Of a stretch of DNA of 64,000 nucleotides, positions 11,182-23,434 are shown one piece after another. The notes under the pieces are model-generated. The model worked only from the letters and a program-made list of their open reading frames with translations. It ran no database searches and had not been told where the DNA came from. Source of the DNA: Azolla caroliniana (lineage: Eukaryota; Plantae; Polypodiophyta); contig JBHGNT010000006.1 in assembly GCA_043228905.1 (NCBI GenBank), positions 5,580,001 to 5,644,000 of the forward strand. Reading direction: 5' to 3'. How positions within the stretch are numbered: the stretch's first letter is position 1; the number at the start of each line of letters is the position of its first letter. The position numbers and the translations under genes were made by a program.

Positions 11182-14100
11182 ATGCGGAACAGCGATAGTG
11201 GACCTGTGGAAGAGCGATATACTCAATGGAAGTCTCTTGTCCCAGTTCTCTACGATTGGCTTGCGAACCATAACCTAGTATGGCCATCACTCTCTTGCAG
11301 GTAAGCAAGCTTTCCTTTGCTTTTCAAGCAGAAATTAAACGAAGTTTTTATGCTGTGCTAAAAAGGCCACGTTAGAAAGCTTAGTAAAGCTACCATCATT
11401 TCTAACTGAATGTTAGAAGGCCATGCCACGAAGCTTAGTGATCGTTTTCCATTCTTTGAAGAAGAAAGCAATATGTTTTTTATATGTGGAAAAGCCTTGC
11501 CAGGAAGCTTAGAAGTAAACTTTATCCATTCCTTCATGAAAATATATGTATGCAAGATGATTTGAATCTTACATACATGTTAAATTTCAATGCCAGTAAG
11601 ATAAATTTTGCAAGTTCCTCGATCTGTTTTTAATAATATATTTTCTGTCGCTAACACATATGTAGCTTGAATCACTTTCCTTTTCCTAGTCCTTTTCATG
11701 GGGAAAGAATCTAAAATGCAAATTGGGGATCATGGCAGTTTTGCTAATGGAGATATTCAATGAGTTCATCTCTTCAAATTACATAATCATATATCTTTGT
11801 GTATACTTTTGTTGCATACCTCCACCTTGTCCTAAGCATTAATTCATTTCATCCTACACTGGTTTTCATAATTTACAAGTGATATTTTGTATTTTATAGC
11901 TTGTTACTTTTTAAGCTTTATTTCAAGTATTTGCAAGCGTGAAATTTTAATTAGTGCACTGGAATGCTTTTATGTACTCAAAAGTGAAATACTTCAAACA
12001 ATAATGGTAATTAGTAATGTATCTTTGAACTTTAGAAAGCTAGGAAAACTTCATAGACATTATAGATAAAGCTATGTTCTAGGGGTCTTTAAAGCTGCCT
12101 AGTTTATTCTGCTGAAAATTATTGGCATGGAAGATAGAAGTGTGTGGAGTAAGGACATTCTCTATATTTACTATAGAAAGGTATCAGGTAGCATGTAGGG
12201 GATGATTTTTATGATCACTTTGAAGCATATTTTGTTGTATATATCCAAAAGATACAAATTTCTCCTCTTTTCTCATTTATTAATTAATTTCAACATTACT
12301 AGAGCTCACTTTTCCACATTTGACCAGAGTCTTAATTTTCAACATGACTTTAGACATCTATTTCAAACTAGCCCATTTGCATCTAGAAACAGATCATTGC
12401 AAGCTAATTTCTACCCCAAAATATAATCATGATAACTTTTTTAGCAATCTTTCAACTTGAATTTAGATGCTTATTTAAACTTTTCATTTGCATCTAGATA
12501 GCATTGCAAGCAATGTGTTCATGCAAAACTATTAACGAGCTATTATCTGATAACTCTCTTGTAGATGGGGCTCACAATTGGAGCAAGCAACATACAAAAA
12601 TCGTCAAAGACTATACTTATCTGAACAGGTAAATTAAATCATATTGAAAATTAACTAATAAAATAATTGTAGTCTCCTTTTGGACAAACATGGTCAAATA
12701 ATTGAAGCCGTATCATATTTCAATTTATACTGCACAGATGAAGTAGTAGTGGTTGAGCGTGTCCAATATTTTGCATAATTGTCACATAGAGAACAACCAT
12801 GTACTCTTTTTCTAGAAACTAATGGATTATTTATGTGGGAGTAGCTTTATCCCAAATTAGATGTTGTTCTCAAAGATCACGTGACAATTATGTAATTAGG
12901 TTATTCGATAATTCTATACCAGGAACTAGGTTAAACAATGATGACTTTGCTTAGATAGATCATGTGATTATGTCAGAGCATTCAGCAAGGGAACGGGGAA
13001 TAGGGAATGTAGATCTAGTATTTCCACACCCCAAGGTTTAGAGATGGAAAACTGGTAACTCTGCTTAGGGCTGGATGAAATGTTTTGTAGGATTTCAACC
13101 TCAAACTTTATATATCAACTGTTTGAGCACTGACTCTAACTTGTGATCCCTAAATGCAAAAGCAAAGATATTTTATACATAGAGAAACACTAGGAAACGA
13201 AAGAACTACTCTTCTTTGATGGAAGTTCTGGGAGTTGAATTTACAAAACAGTAATCAAACCAATAGAAATTATATGGCTTTTAACAAGAGATTGTGGAGG
13301 ATTTTTGAGATGAGGTCGAAGTCGAGGCATAAGTCACAAGCATGATCTAATGAGGACTTATTTGTCAAATAAAACTTGTTTAAATCTCTTCAAGGGAAAT
13401 TTTAATAAAATCACAAGTCTCCACTAGGAAATCTTCTTCAAAACTGTTGGCCAGAATATTAGGCGTCAGTCTTCAGCCTCATAAAACAATGAGGCCTTTG
13501 CGTTGATTGTGGCGGTGAAATCGAAGGAGTCTCTTCTTCCTGTGTCCTGAATTATTGAAATATTGACAACTTTAAACTCTAATTGGCATAACTGGTGCTT
13601 TCATTTTTTTTCCTGGTAGCATTAAAAAATGCGAATTTGGTTTTTCATCCATCAGACACTTTTTTATAACATGATGTTTTTATTTTATATGTGTGGTTCG
13701 GGTTTTGTTTCTGAGTGGATTCTAACTTTTTATTGACATTTTATAGTTATTATTTCTCATATTTTGATATCAGGAGTCACTAATGGTATATCACATACAA
13801 TTCATGAAATGTTTGGCTTTGTATTACGTGTTCAACTTACATGGTTTTCCATCTTTAGCATGATCTTGACAGACTTAAGCATATGTAGTGTAATCTGATT
13901 TTTTTCTTGTGGATATTGTGACAGACAGATGGAACAGTACCTAATACTTTGGTAATTGCAAATTGTGAGGTTGTGAAGCCAAGAGTAGCTGCTGCTGAAC
14001 ATATATCACAAGTATGGAATTTTATTTTGCATTGATGTTCACTCCTGCTTACAGGAATGATCTGAGAACTTTTGAACCTATTATTTTTTTGCCATGTCAA

Positions 14101-17100
14101 AGTTCAACGAAGAAGCAAGGTCTCCTTTTGTGAAGAAACACAAGACTATAATTCATCCAGGAGAGGTGAGGTAAAATGGTGCATGCAAAAATGCAAAAAA
14201 TCAGAGATATATCTCTGTGATGCACTTTTGTCTTACCCAGGTTGAGAAAGCCTTCAGTGTATGCACTTTTGCTTACTTTCTGCTTTTATTAAAATAGGTA
14301 AACAGGATCAGAGAGCTGCCTCAGAAAAGACAAATTGTTGCTACCCATACAGATGGTCCCGAGGTATGAAAACTTTGAGTTGTCTTAGGTCCAAAAAATG
14401 GACTTAAATTCATTATTATGTAAATCATGGTTATTAACTGTTAGAAAAACTGTGTTTGGACTTTTCTTTGAATAGCTAGATACAATTGGGACCAATTTGA
14501 AAGTTGAATTCAATCTGTTTTACGAGAGATATAACTTATTAGGATGTGATTTTTAGAATTTAATCAGTCAAGTGCTGTCACTTGTTTCGGCCACGGCTGT
14601 ATTACTCGGTGTTAATATGATCAAGCTTGCTAGGGCTTGGCAAGGTCACAAATGGGCAGTCCTTTGTCAGCAAAGAGCAATAATTGAAGACTTGCGTAGG
14701 CCCTAACCTAGTTGAATATAACATTTCCTTGCGATATATTGTAGAAAATACTAGTCGTGTAGCATTCTAGAGCTTCTCATTAATTTCTCACGTCAAATTA
14801 TGAGTATAGTTGAAAAACCCAGTGCTTTTATTAGTGTAGGCACCTCAAATGGATGTGATTGCAGTCTGTTCACACATATGGTAACAAAACCTTTCTGGCA
14901 TAATGGTGAAAAGATCTTTGCCTGATTTGATTGTAGTCTGTTCACACATATTGTAATGATACTTTTCTGGCATGATGGTTAAAAGATCTTCACCTTTTTC
15001 ATTTACCACTATCAAGTGTCTGCATGCATCTACATAAGTCTAACACCTACTGAGAATGTTTTTCAATATTTTCTACTTTCAAAATTTCCAGGATAACACA
15101 TGTTTTGCTAACTTTCTGACCTTATATGCTTTGTGTTTGATGCAGGTCTATGTCTGGAATGTAGAAAGTCAACCAAATTGCCAAGTAGTAGTTGGAGCAA
15201 GTGTTTCAAAACCAGATTTGGTAGGCCTTTATCTTATATTTTCAGTTCTCCGCTTATTTCCTGAATTCCGTTTCCATTTCTAACCATGATACACCCATTG
15301 AAATTTATAGACCTTGACTGGACATACAGAGAATGCAGAGTTTGCACTAGCATTAAGTCCAGCTGCACCACATGTTATCTCCGGAGGTAACACTGTTTTA
15401 ACGGAGATGCCATCTCTTTTTTTGTCTGGATATCTTTCTCTCCTTGTATGATTTGCCTCATAGGACAAATTTGGCATCTAGCAGATCTTTAAATATAACT
15501 TAAAATTTCTTTCCTCTGTGTTGATATAAATATGTTTTATGTGTCTGGAGCCTGCCGACGTACTAAAAGAGAACACACATTTGTTGTCTTCAGGAAAGGA
15601 TATGTGTGTTGTCCTGTGGAGTATAGAAGACTTCACCACATCGGCAAAAGAACCATCTCCTTCCAAACCTGTTACTCCAACAGGAAGCAAGCAGAAAGGC
15701 GTCGCAGATTCTACTAAGGTTGCTCCCCGAGGAATTTTCAAGGGTCATACTGAAACTGTGGAAGATGTACAATTTCATCCAACCAGGTAATTTCCTGATC
15801 CGTCCTTGAGGATATGCAGAATCATTTTGAGCGTGCTCTTCTTCATGAGCTTATGAAGGTTGCTAATGAATGGACTTTCTTTTTTAGCGATCAAGAATTC
15901 TGCAGTGTTGGTGATGACTCTTGTCTGATCTTATGGGATGCTCGGATTGGAAATGAGCCAGCGTTGAAGGTAGATATTTATCTTAACTACCTGTTTATAT
16001 CATAAAAAGTATTGGCTGCTGTACATAGTCCTTCCAGTGATATAGGTGGTACAAACAATAGTGTCTCTATTTGGCCAGTGCATTTCTACAAGTACTTCAA
16101 TTTCAGACTTTTTCATCCAAGTAAGATGCTGGTTTCATCTTTGTGACTAGGTTGAAAAAGCTCATGATGCTGATCTTCATTGTGTTGATTGGAATTCACT
16201 CGAGGATAACCTACTGCTCACTGGGTGTGTTTTCATAACAGACCTCTCATTTTTTAAAATTATGTTCTGCGTAGAGTTTGCATGAGTAAATTTGTCGTTA
16301 ATTGTTACAGATCAGCTGATAACTCAGTAAGGATGTTTGACCGACGTAAGCTTTCTGATAAAGGCCAAGGGTCACCCATATACAAGTTCCAAGGCCATTC
16401 AGCAGCAGTTTTGTGCGTACAGGTACATGTGGCAATGCATCTTCAATTAATGAGTTCAATGTAGATCATAATCATTGCATCCCCAATTAATGAGCTGAAT
16501 TTTGATCATAATTAATATTTGAAATACAATGCAGTGAAGCTCAAAGTTTAGTTTGCATAGGCATTTTCGATTGTAGATTTTTCTGAAAGGAATTATATTT
16601 TGTAGATGCATAGATTTATGTCTTTATTATTTCTTGAAGTGTTCACTTTTGTCAATCAGTTTAGCGATTGTACTGCAGAAAGTTTAAACTTGGACATTTC
16701 AGTGTTAAATCAAAAATCTGCTTCAAACTTTTGTGTCTTTTCTCTGTGCCTCGTGTATGCTAATCATGAAAAAAACATGGATTGTCAGATGCTATGTTAC
16801 CCTGGATGCCAGATCTTAAACATATTGGTGTTTGTGTTTGTAGTGGTGTCCAGAGAAAAAATCAGTGTTTGGAAGCTCAGCTGAAGATGGGTTTGTAAAT
16901 ATATGGGACTATGAGAAGGTGATCATTTCAAGAGATCCTTATTTACAGTTAAAAGTTTTTAGCATTTTCTTATATACTTTGTATCACTGGAAACAACGGT
17001 TGCGTACATAAACTTAAACATTAAAAGGACTTGCAAATGCTTTTTAGCTTAATTGACATTCCGAAAATGGTGTCACTGGAATATTTTCTTAGACTTGTTC

Positions 17101-18197
17101 CTGAGGCTCAATGTTTCTGTTCATGTACAATTTTGTTGTGAAGATTGTACATTTCATGACTAGAGGTCAAATTCCAAAGCACTACACAACAAAAATGGAA
17201 TGTTATGCTTGATTATCTTTGTAAGATGTAGATACAAAATCAGTGTTGGGCTTTCTGATGACTTTCATTCGATCTGATTCATTCCAGGTCGCTCAAAAGA
17301 AAGAGGAGCCCAAGACAACAAAGCGTGGGGGTTGGCCTCCTGCAGGGCTTTTCTTTCAGCATGCAGGACACAGGTATTTCAAGTGTAACAAATAATCTCA
17401 TCAACTTGTTTGATTTATGAGCTATACTGTATTTTTCACAACTCCCAATTGGAAGTCTAGAACCTATAATCATGTAAATGTTATTTGATTCATGATTTAT
17501 ATTGTATTGTTGAACGTTGCTTTTAAAAATGGAACAGAGACAAAGTTGTGGATTTCCAGTGGAATATTCTTGATCCGTGGACGATCGTGAGTGTGTCTGC
17601 AGACTGTGAAAAGACAGGAGGCGGAGGAACTCTTCAGGTTAGAAGGATGTCATTTGCTTTGTGTTTGTGTTTAAGATTGTCATTCAATGTGGTTAAATAC
17701 TGTCTCAGCCAATTAAAAGTCATGACCCCATAAGGGCTAGCCTAACTGGACCAGTTGGCTCAGTGGTTCATTGAAAATTTTCTTTGCTAATCACTCAAGC
17801 TTCCTTCTGTTTGAAGTAATAGTGAGGAGGAAATCCCAAAGATATATAGAGTTTGACAGTTAATGCATTTTTTTTCTGTTTTTCCCCTTCATAAACATTT
17901 CTAATCGGCAAAGTGTTTTTCTGTACATTATCTTGCCTATAATTCATAGATTGGGGACCCCCAGATGGAAAGAACCCACTGATGATTGATGATGTCAATG
18001 AATAGGAGACTGTTTTTTTAGTGTGTTATCATAGGGTTGAACACAAGAAAAGCATGTTTTGAACTTTAAAAAACCAACATATTATGGTATTTCAGATTTG
18101 GAGGATGAACGATCTGATCTATCGACCAGAGGAGGAAGTGCTGGCCGAGCTTGAGCAATTTAAGAGCCATTTACTCTCTTGTGAGGATGAAAAATGA
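11182..18197 (+). CDS. MSI4: WD40 histone-binding protein MSI4/FVE, 457 aa; exons 11182-11300, 12565-12628, 13925-14011, 14103-14165, 14298-14363, 15146-15220, 15311-15386, 15594-15786, 15888-15969, 16151-16224, 16311-16422, 16844-16918, 17288-17373, 17538-17637, 18096-18197
   Basis: Signatures YTQWKSLVPVLYDWLANHNLVWPSLSCRWG, KNRQRLYLSEQTDG, FNEEARSPFVKKHKTIIHPGEVNRIRELPQ, GLFFQHAGHRDKVVDF, GGGGTLQIWRM. All 14 introns are GT-AG; the CDS is 1374 nt and in frame. Confidence 0.95.
14857..14992. repeat. Two-copy ~72-bp tandem duplication in MSI4 intron 5
   Basis: gattg(c/t)agtctgttcacacatat...ttctggcat(a/g)atggt..aaagatctt occurs twice. Confidence 0.75.
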
Positions 18198-20019
18198 AAC
18201 TGCAGAACTTTTACACTGTCTATCACCTAAGGATACGAAGGTGAGGTACTAAGAAAGATTTTGGTGCCTTGTGGGGTAAGATTTTGTAGCAGGATTACAC
18301 AACTTGTTCACCTACAATGGTTTTATGGAGTGTTTGCTACATTTGTTTTGGGCATTGTTATGAAGATATGCATAGCTACACTATAAAGGTAAAGGTTTGG
18401 AGGATGCCCATCAGCAATAGATGGCTGTTGTCTGAGCATGAACATTAGGGTTTATGAGCACTTCACTCTTTGTATTTCTTCCTATATGCTCTAAGCGTCT
18501 GATCTCCTTGATGTGAATATTGTGCACACCTGTTGCAAGGTATGATGTAGGTGTGTTATGGGGTGTGTCTATGATACTCTCTAATTATCAATCTGCTCTG
18601 TGGTTAATTTACTATCATCTATGTTGTGCACACCAAGTGTTATATGATGTGTAGGTGCTTCTTATGCTTAGGTATCATATGGCTAGTTTCAGTCAGGCAT
18701 TTAAATTAAGTTAAATGTAAACCACAGTCGTGTGAAGAGAAGTCTTGCCCTTTTAATAGCATTTGTGTGAAAGATAATTTGAAATAAATATATTATGCAA
18801 GGTTGATGGTCATCTTTGAATGTTTGAATGTTGTAATGCGGATTTCCTCAAATTGACAATAATTCCATTTGTTTATTGTAGAAAGTTATCCTTTGATGAT
18901 TAGAATCACATTGTTGTACAGATTACAAGTTATCTTGCATGAGGTCATAAGAAAAGGCCACTTTGATGCGAAATTACTTTAGAGGAATGACTAGTTTGAA
19001 AATGAAAATGTGAAACCAAGAGTAAATGTAGAAATGGTTTAAAAATATATGTAGGCATGCGTAATAAGATTGTTCTTGATAATTAATCACCTCTTGGCCT
19101 TGATAAAATTTGTCCCCTTGGGTTTCTTTTTCTTCTTTTATCCAAAAAAAACTCTTTCCATTAGGTATAAAATTTTACATATGAGAGTATTATATACAAA
19201 TTCTTGTAGGGACATGATTATGTGGATGCCCGTAGACTCAAGAAAGGGAGAGGATGACCATTGTTGGATAAAGGCTAGTTGTCTTTCAACTCTATCGGAG
19301 CTGCCCTTGAGGCCATCATATTGGCTCTTTAGAGTGGCTATGACTTCACTCTATATCTCTTGCATTAACATGATTAGATGTCGGTTTGGTTGGAGAAGAC
19401 TTGTCTACATTGTTCTTTCTATAGAATCCAAAGAATTATTGGGCAAACCAATTCCAACAGAACACATCTTTGGTTTCTTGCCAATGCTTATATGAACAAT
19501 GCTTGAAATTTTTCACTTCACCCAAATTTTGCCCCTTGAGAGAATATCTCGTTGACTCTCCCTTATGAATGTTCTTTATAATCATTGGTTAATCTCATGA
19601 GTCATTGGTTTGTATAAGGCACTTTCGTAGAGGAAATTTGATGCAATCCCTTTGTCTTGAGGTTATTGCTTGTATTTGCATTTAGTTCCACATCTTATTA
19701 AGTTGATTGTTCTTTCATTTCATGCACCAAGTGAGGTAGTGTCACCATGTACTTCCACTCCATGCATGCTGAAACTTAACCTCACTTCCGACCCATTAGT
19801 ATAACTTTAGTTTTATTAATTCTTGTATAATTATTCTAACTTGTTTGAAGTTTAGACTCATAATATACAATCCATTTTGTTTGTTGTCATGACGCTCAAA
19901 TACTCTCACTTTTGTAAAAGTAGGGTGTCTCTTGGTTGAACGACATTTATTAGTTTCATTTTTGTTTTGTCCAAAATCAAAGTGTTGGTCCATTTGAGAA
20001 GAAAGTTGACTTCAAGGAA

Positions 20020-21680
20020 AAACACTCTTTTTGTTTTGTGGACTTGAAGAAAGATTTGAACACATTACCAAGAAACAAGTTTTGGGAAAGAGTATAGAGC
20101 AATTGTGGCATGAATGTTCAAGTTTGAGTATTTATGATTACATGTTGTGTGTATGGGCAATGACGACACTATTAGTGGGAAAGAGTTTTTAAATGTAGAT
20201 CTAAAAGCATTTTCTTACAAAGTTTCGCCAAGTCAAGAAAGCAACACTATACACTCTCCAACTTCTTGAGAAGGGATCACTTCTAGTGGAGATTGTGACC
20301 ATAGAAAGGGTTGTCAAATACATGGTTATGTTTCAAAAAATCCCTTACATTGACTTCCAAGCTCTAATAGGAAGCAAACAAAAAGATCCAACAAACACAT
20401 GAAACACTCTATTGTTGTTTTTTGAACTTCAAGAAAGCTATGACATAGTACTAAGAGGAAAGTTGGGCAGAATGATAGAGATCAAATTACCATCACAATA
20501 TGACACGATTGTATTAGCATGGTAAAAGTCAATTGAAAATGAATGACGCTTATTATGCTCAAATATTTCCTAAGTAACTCATTTGTGTATCCCAAGGTTG
20601 TCAAAAAAGAAGGATTAAATAGCCTTATGTGATAGCTTATTGTATTATTGTTAGCCAGTTAGATCAACCGACTAGGCTATCCAAAATATACACAACAAAC
20701 TAGGTTGAAATAGGAGTTGAAGTAGTGGTCATAATAGAATAAGTGTGGAAGGGAATAATCGAATAATTATTATTATTATTGCCAAGTAGGAAAATAGGAT
20801 AGTTAGTTATAACTCTAGGTTCTTGCGGAATGACAATTGTATTATCTTGGTAATGCCTTTCGGGTCGCCTATAAAAAGGGACTGAGAGCATTGTAACATC
20901 ATCGATTTGTATTGCTATAGCTTTTTAACATAATTTTTGTTAGTTAGAGTATATTTTGTGTCTCTACCATTAAGAATTCTTTTACTCAAAATACATATAA
21001 CTAACACAGTAGATCATAGGTAATTCGATGTATGTGTTATGTTTAATTGTGTTTAAACAATCATAGAGCAAAGTCGATTGACTCCAATGTCCAACCACAA
21101 TCCCATTGATAGAACGACTTGATAAGTAAGTTGTTCGACCCTTTGTGTTTGTCGACCAAGACAACAAGTATTTTAATGTAAACGATGTGCTCCTCTCATT
21201 TAATGATACAACACTTACTTCGTGTTTTTGGAATGTTTTATCAAATTAATTTTAGTCTAACCAAATGATCAACAATGAAATGTTGGGTACCAAGAGTACC
21301 AAGGCATAGTCCTACGAGGAAAGTTGGGTAGAATGATAGAGATCAAATTGCCATCACAATATGACATGATTGTATTAGCATGGTAAACGTCAATTGAAAA
21401 TGAATGAATCGTCTGTAACTAAGTATTTCCTAAGTAACTCTTTTGTGTATCCCAAGGTTGTCAAAAACGAAGGATTAAATAGCCTTATGTGATAGCTTAT
21501 TGTATTATTTTAATGAAAACAACGTGCTCTTCTCATTTAATGATGCAACACTTACTCTGTTTTTTGGGAAAAAAAAAACACTTACTTCGTTTAATGATAC
21601 AACACTTACTTTGTGTTTTAGGAATGTTTTATCAAATTAATTTTAGTCTAACCAAATGATCAACAATGAAATGTTTTGAT
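20020..21680 (+). pseudogene. Decayed RTE/RTEX-like RT fragments, locally duplicated
   Basis: FCFVDLKKDLNTLPRNKFWERV (~20030) and YCCFLNFKKA (~20410) match YCCFVDFRKAFDTVPRERLF of the 48073-51816 ORF. Segment ~20444-21285 is repeated at ~21305-21676. Confidence 0.6.
20649..21166 (+). mobile_element. Solo LTR (518 bp)
   Basis: TGTT...AACA termini, TSD ATTAT/AGTAT, TATAAAA near 20869. The adjacent duplicate copy shows the empty site tgtattattttaatg (~21501-21515). Confidence 0.8.
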
Positions 21681-23434
21681 CTAAAGCCCTACTTGCATGA
21701 GTGACGGTTTGTTATGCCATTCAACCCATGGGGTAATATTTTGCTCCATGATAGTTTTATATTATTTGAATTTTGACCGTAATTGAGTTAGCTATGATTG
21801 CGTGATAATTGGACAACCAATTCATCTCCTCCTCTGTGAATTAGTTAATTTAATTTATGAGCCAATTGTTTGGAAAACCTTGTTTTATAGCTTGAACCAT
21901 GATGGTTCAACATCATTGCGGCACACGTATCATTTCCTATTTCAAGTCATAGCATTACCGCATCATGCATACATAACTTATGTACATGTTGTATCTCTTA
22001 TATCTTCCTTTTTGCCCCTGAGTTTTGTCCATGTTGGTGTCAAACATGTGTTTTCTTCCCTTCTCGCATTTGATAATATCACCTCTTCTTTCTCGTCACT
22101 ACCTTTCAAACATTTTATCTTTTGTAAGCTTGAACAGTTTGAGGTGAACCTTGCATTCCTCATAAAAAAGCAACAATTACGTGTGGATTGAAGTGTTTGG
22201 TATCCTAGGTTATAAAGTTTATGCCATGGTTCAAAGGGGTTCTTAGAATTATCTATTCCTCGTAGAAAGATGGGATCACCCTATCTTAAATTAGGCTTGA
22301 TAATCATATCTCGAAGCATTTATAGTAAATGTTGAAGCCTCTATTGCTTGTAACACTCTTTTATGCTAAGTAATTCTATGTATCTAGTTGGTGTAAAAGT
22401 TAGTATGTTAAAATACAAACACTTCGAATTCTATTCCTACATCACTTAAAGTTTTTATGAAAGTTAATATAAGTTGTAATGGCATTACACAATATCACGT
22501 GTATACATTACTTAGGGTGGATTCACACTCGAGCAATGATAGAATGGCATAGAGAATGTTGCAATGGGTTAAATGGAAATGTATTTACGGGCTTCAAAAT
22601 GAAACATTATGCAAAGCAAAGTAAACCAAGTTGCAACTCACAACATTTGCTTCAGCAAGCTTAATGGGATACACAACCCATCAATAGCAATCAATTCGGA
22701 AATATCACTTGTCTTACATTTATTTAAATTGCTTATATGCTATGTTGGAGCCTATCCCGTCGATAACACCATTACAACCCACAAAGAGGCATTCAATTGT
22801 ACATTTAGCCATATTAATACATACATCTAGATGCAATTTAATAATTGGATTAATCAAATTCAGAATCACTTTGTAATGGTCGTTACATTTGCATGACACA
22901 TATGATAGTTATAAACTTCTTCAAACATATTCATAACATCTGCATCGTGATGTAGTTATCTATACGTTAAAACGATCCGTGTTTCTTGCCATGAGTTGTA
23001 CCTAGCTTTCCATCTCTTTGTTTAAAGTTCCACATACACAAAGAATGTGACCATAACACTCCGAGCATTTGTCCTCAAAACTCCACACGACGATACGAAT
23101 GTCTTCTTGTAGAGATTCAAAATGTTTTGAACAACATCGCAAACGTAGTAGCGAAGAGTCTTTGTCTTTGCGACTTATAGAAACATTTTGTAGGTATGTA
23201 ATGTACAGAATTGATCGAGGGAGGGATAGATAGATAAAGTCAAGTCGGAGGGAGGGGGCCATCCGTCCGGGTGGTCTCAGGTGTGAAACCGGCCATAGAT
23301 CCGTTGAGCTCTCTGTTTGAAAGCTACCTTGGATATGGCGGGAGCTTCCATAGCCTCTCTTCTTTCTCTGGATCTCCATATCCCTCTCTCTCTCTGTGTG
23401 TAAATTTTCCTTCTTTTTGCAGGAAAACGAAGAC

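Noticed and set aside
10718-11308. 196-aa minus-strand ORF over the MSI4 start
   Set aside because: Antisense shadow across exon 1, a GA tract and the promoter repeat; no domain.
21700-22350. Possible decayed L1 ORF1 (knuckle-like NCCFF...C)
   Set aside because: Too degenerate to support.
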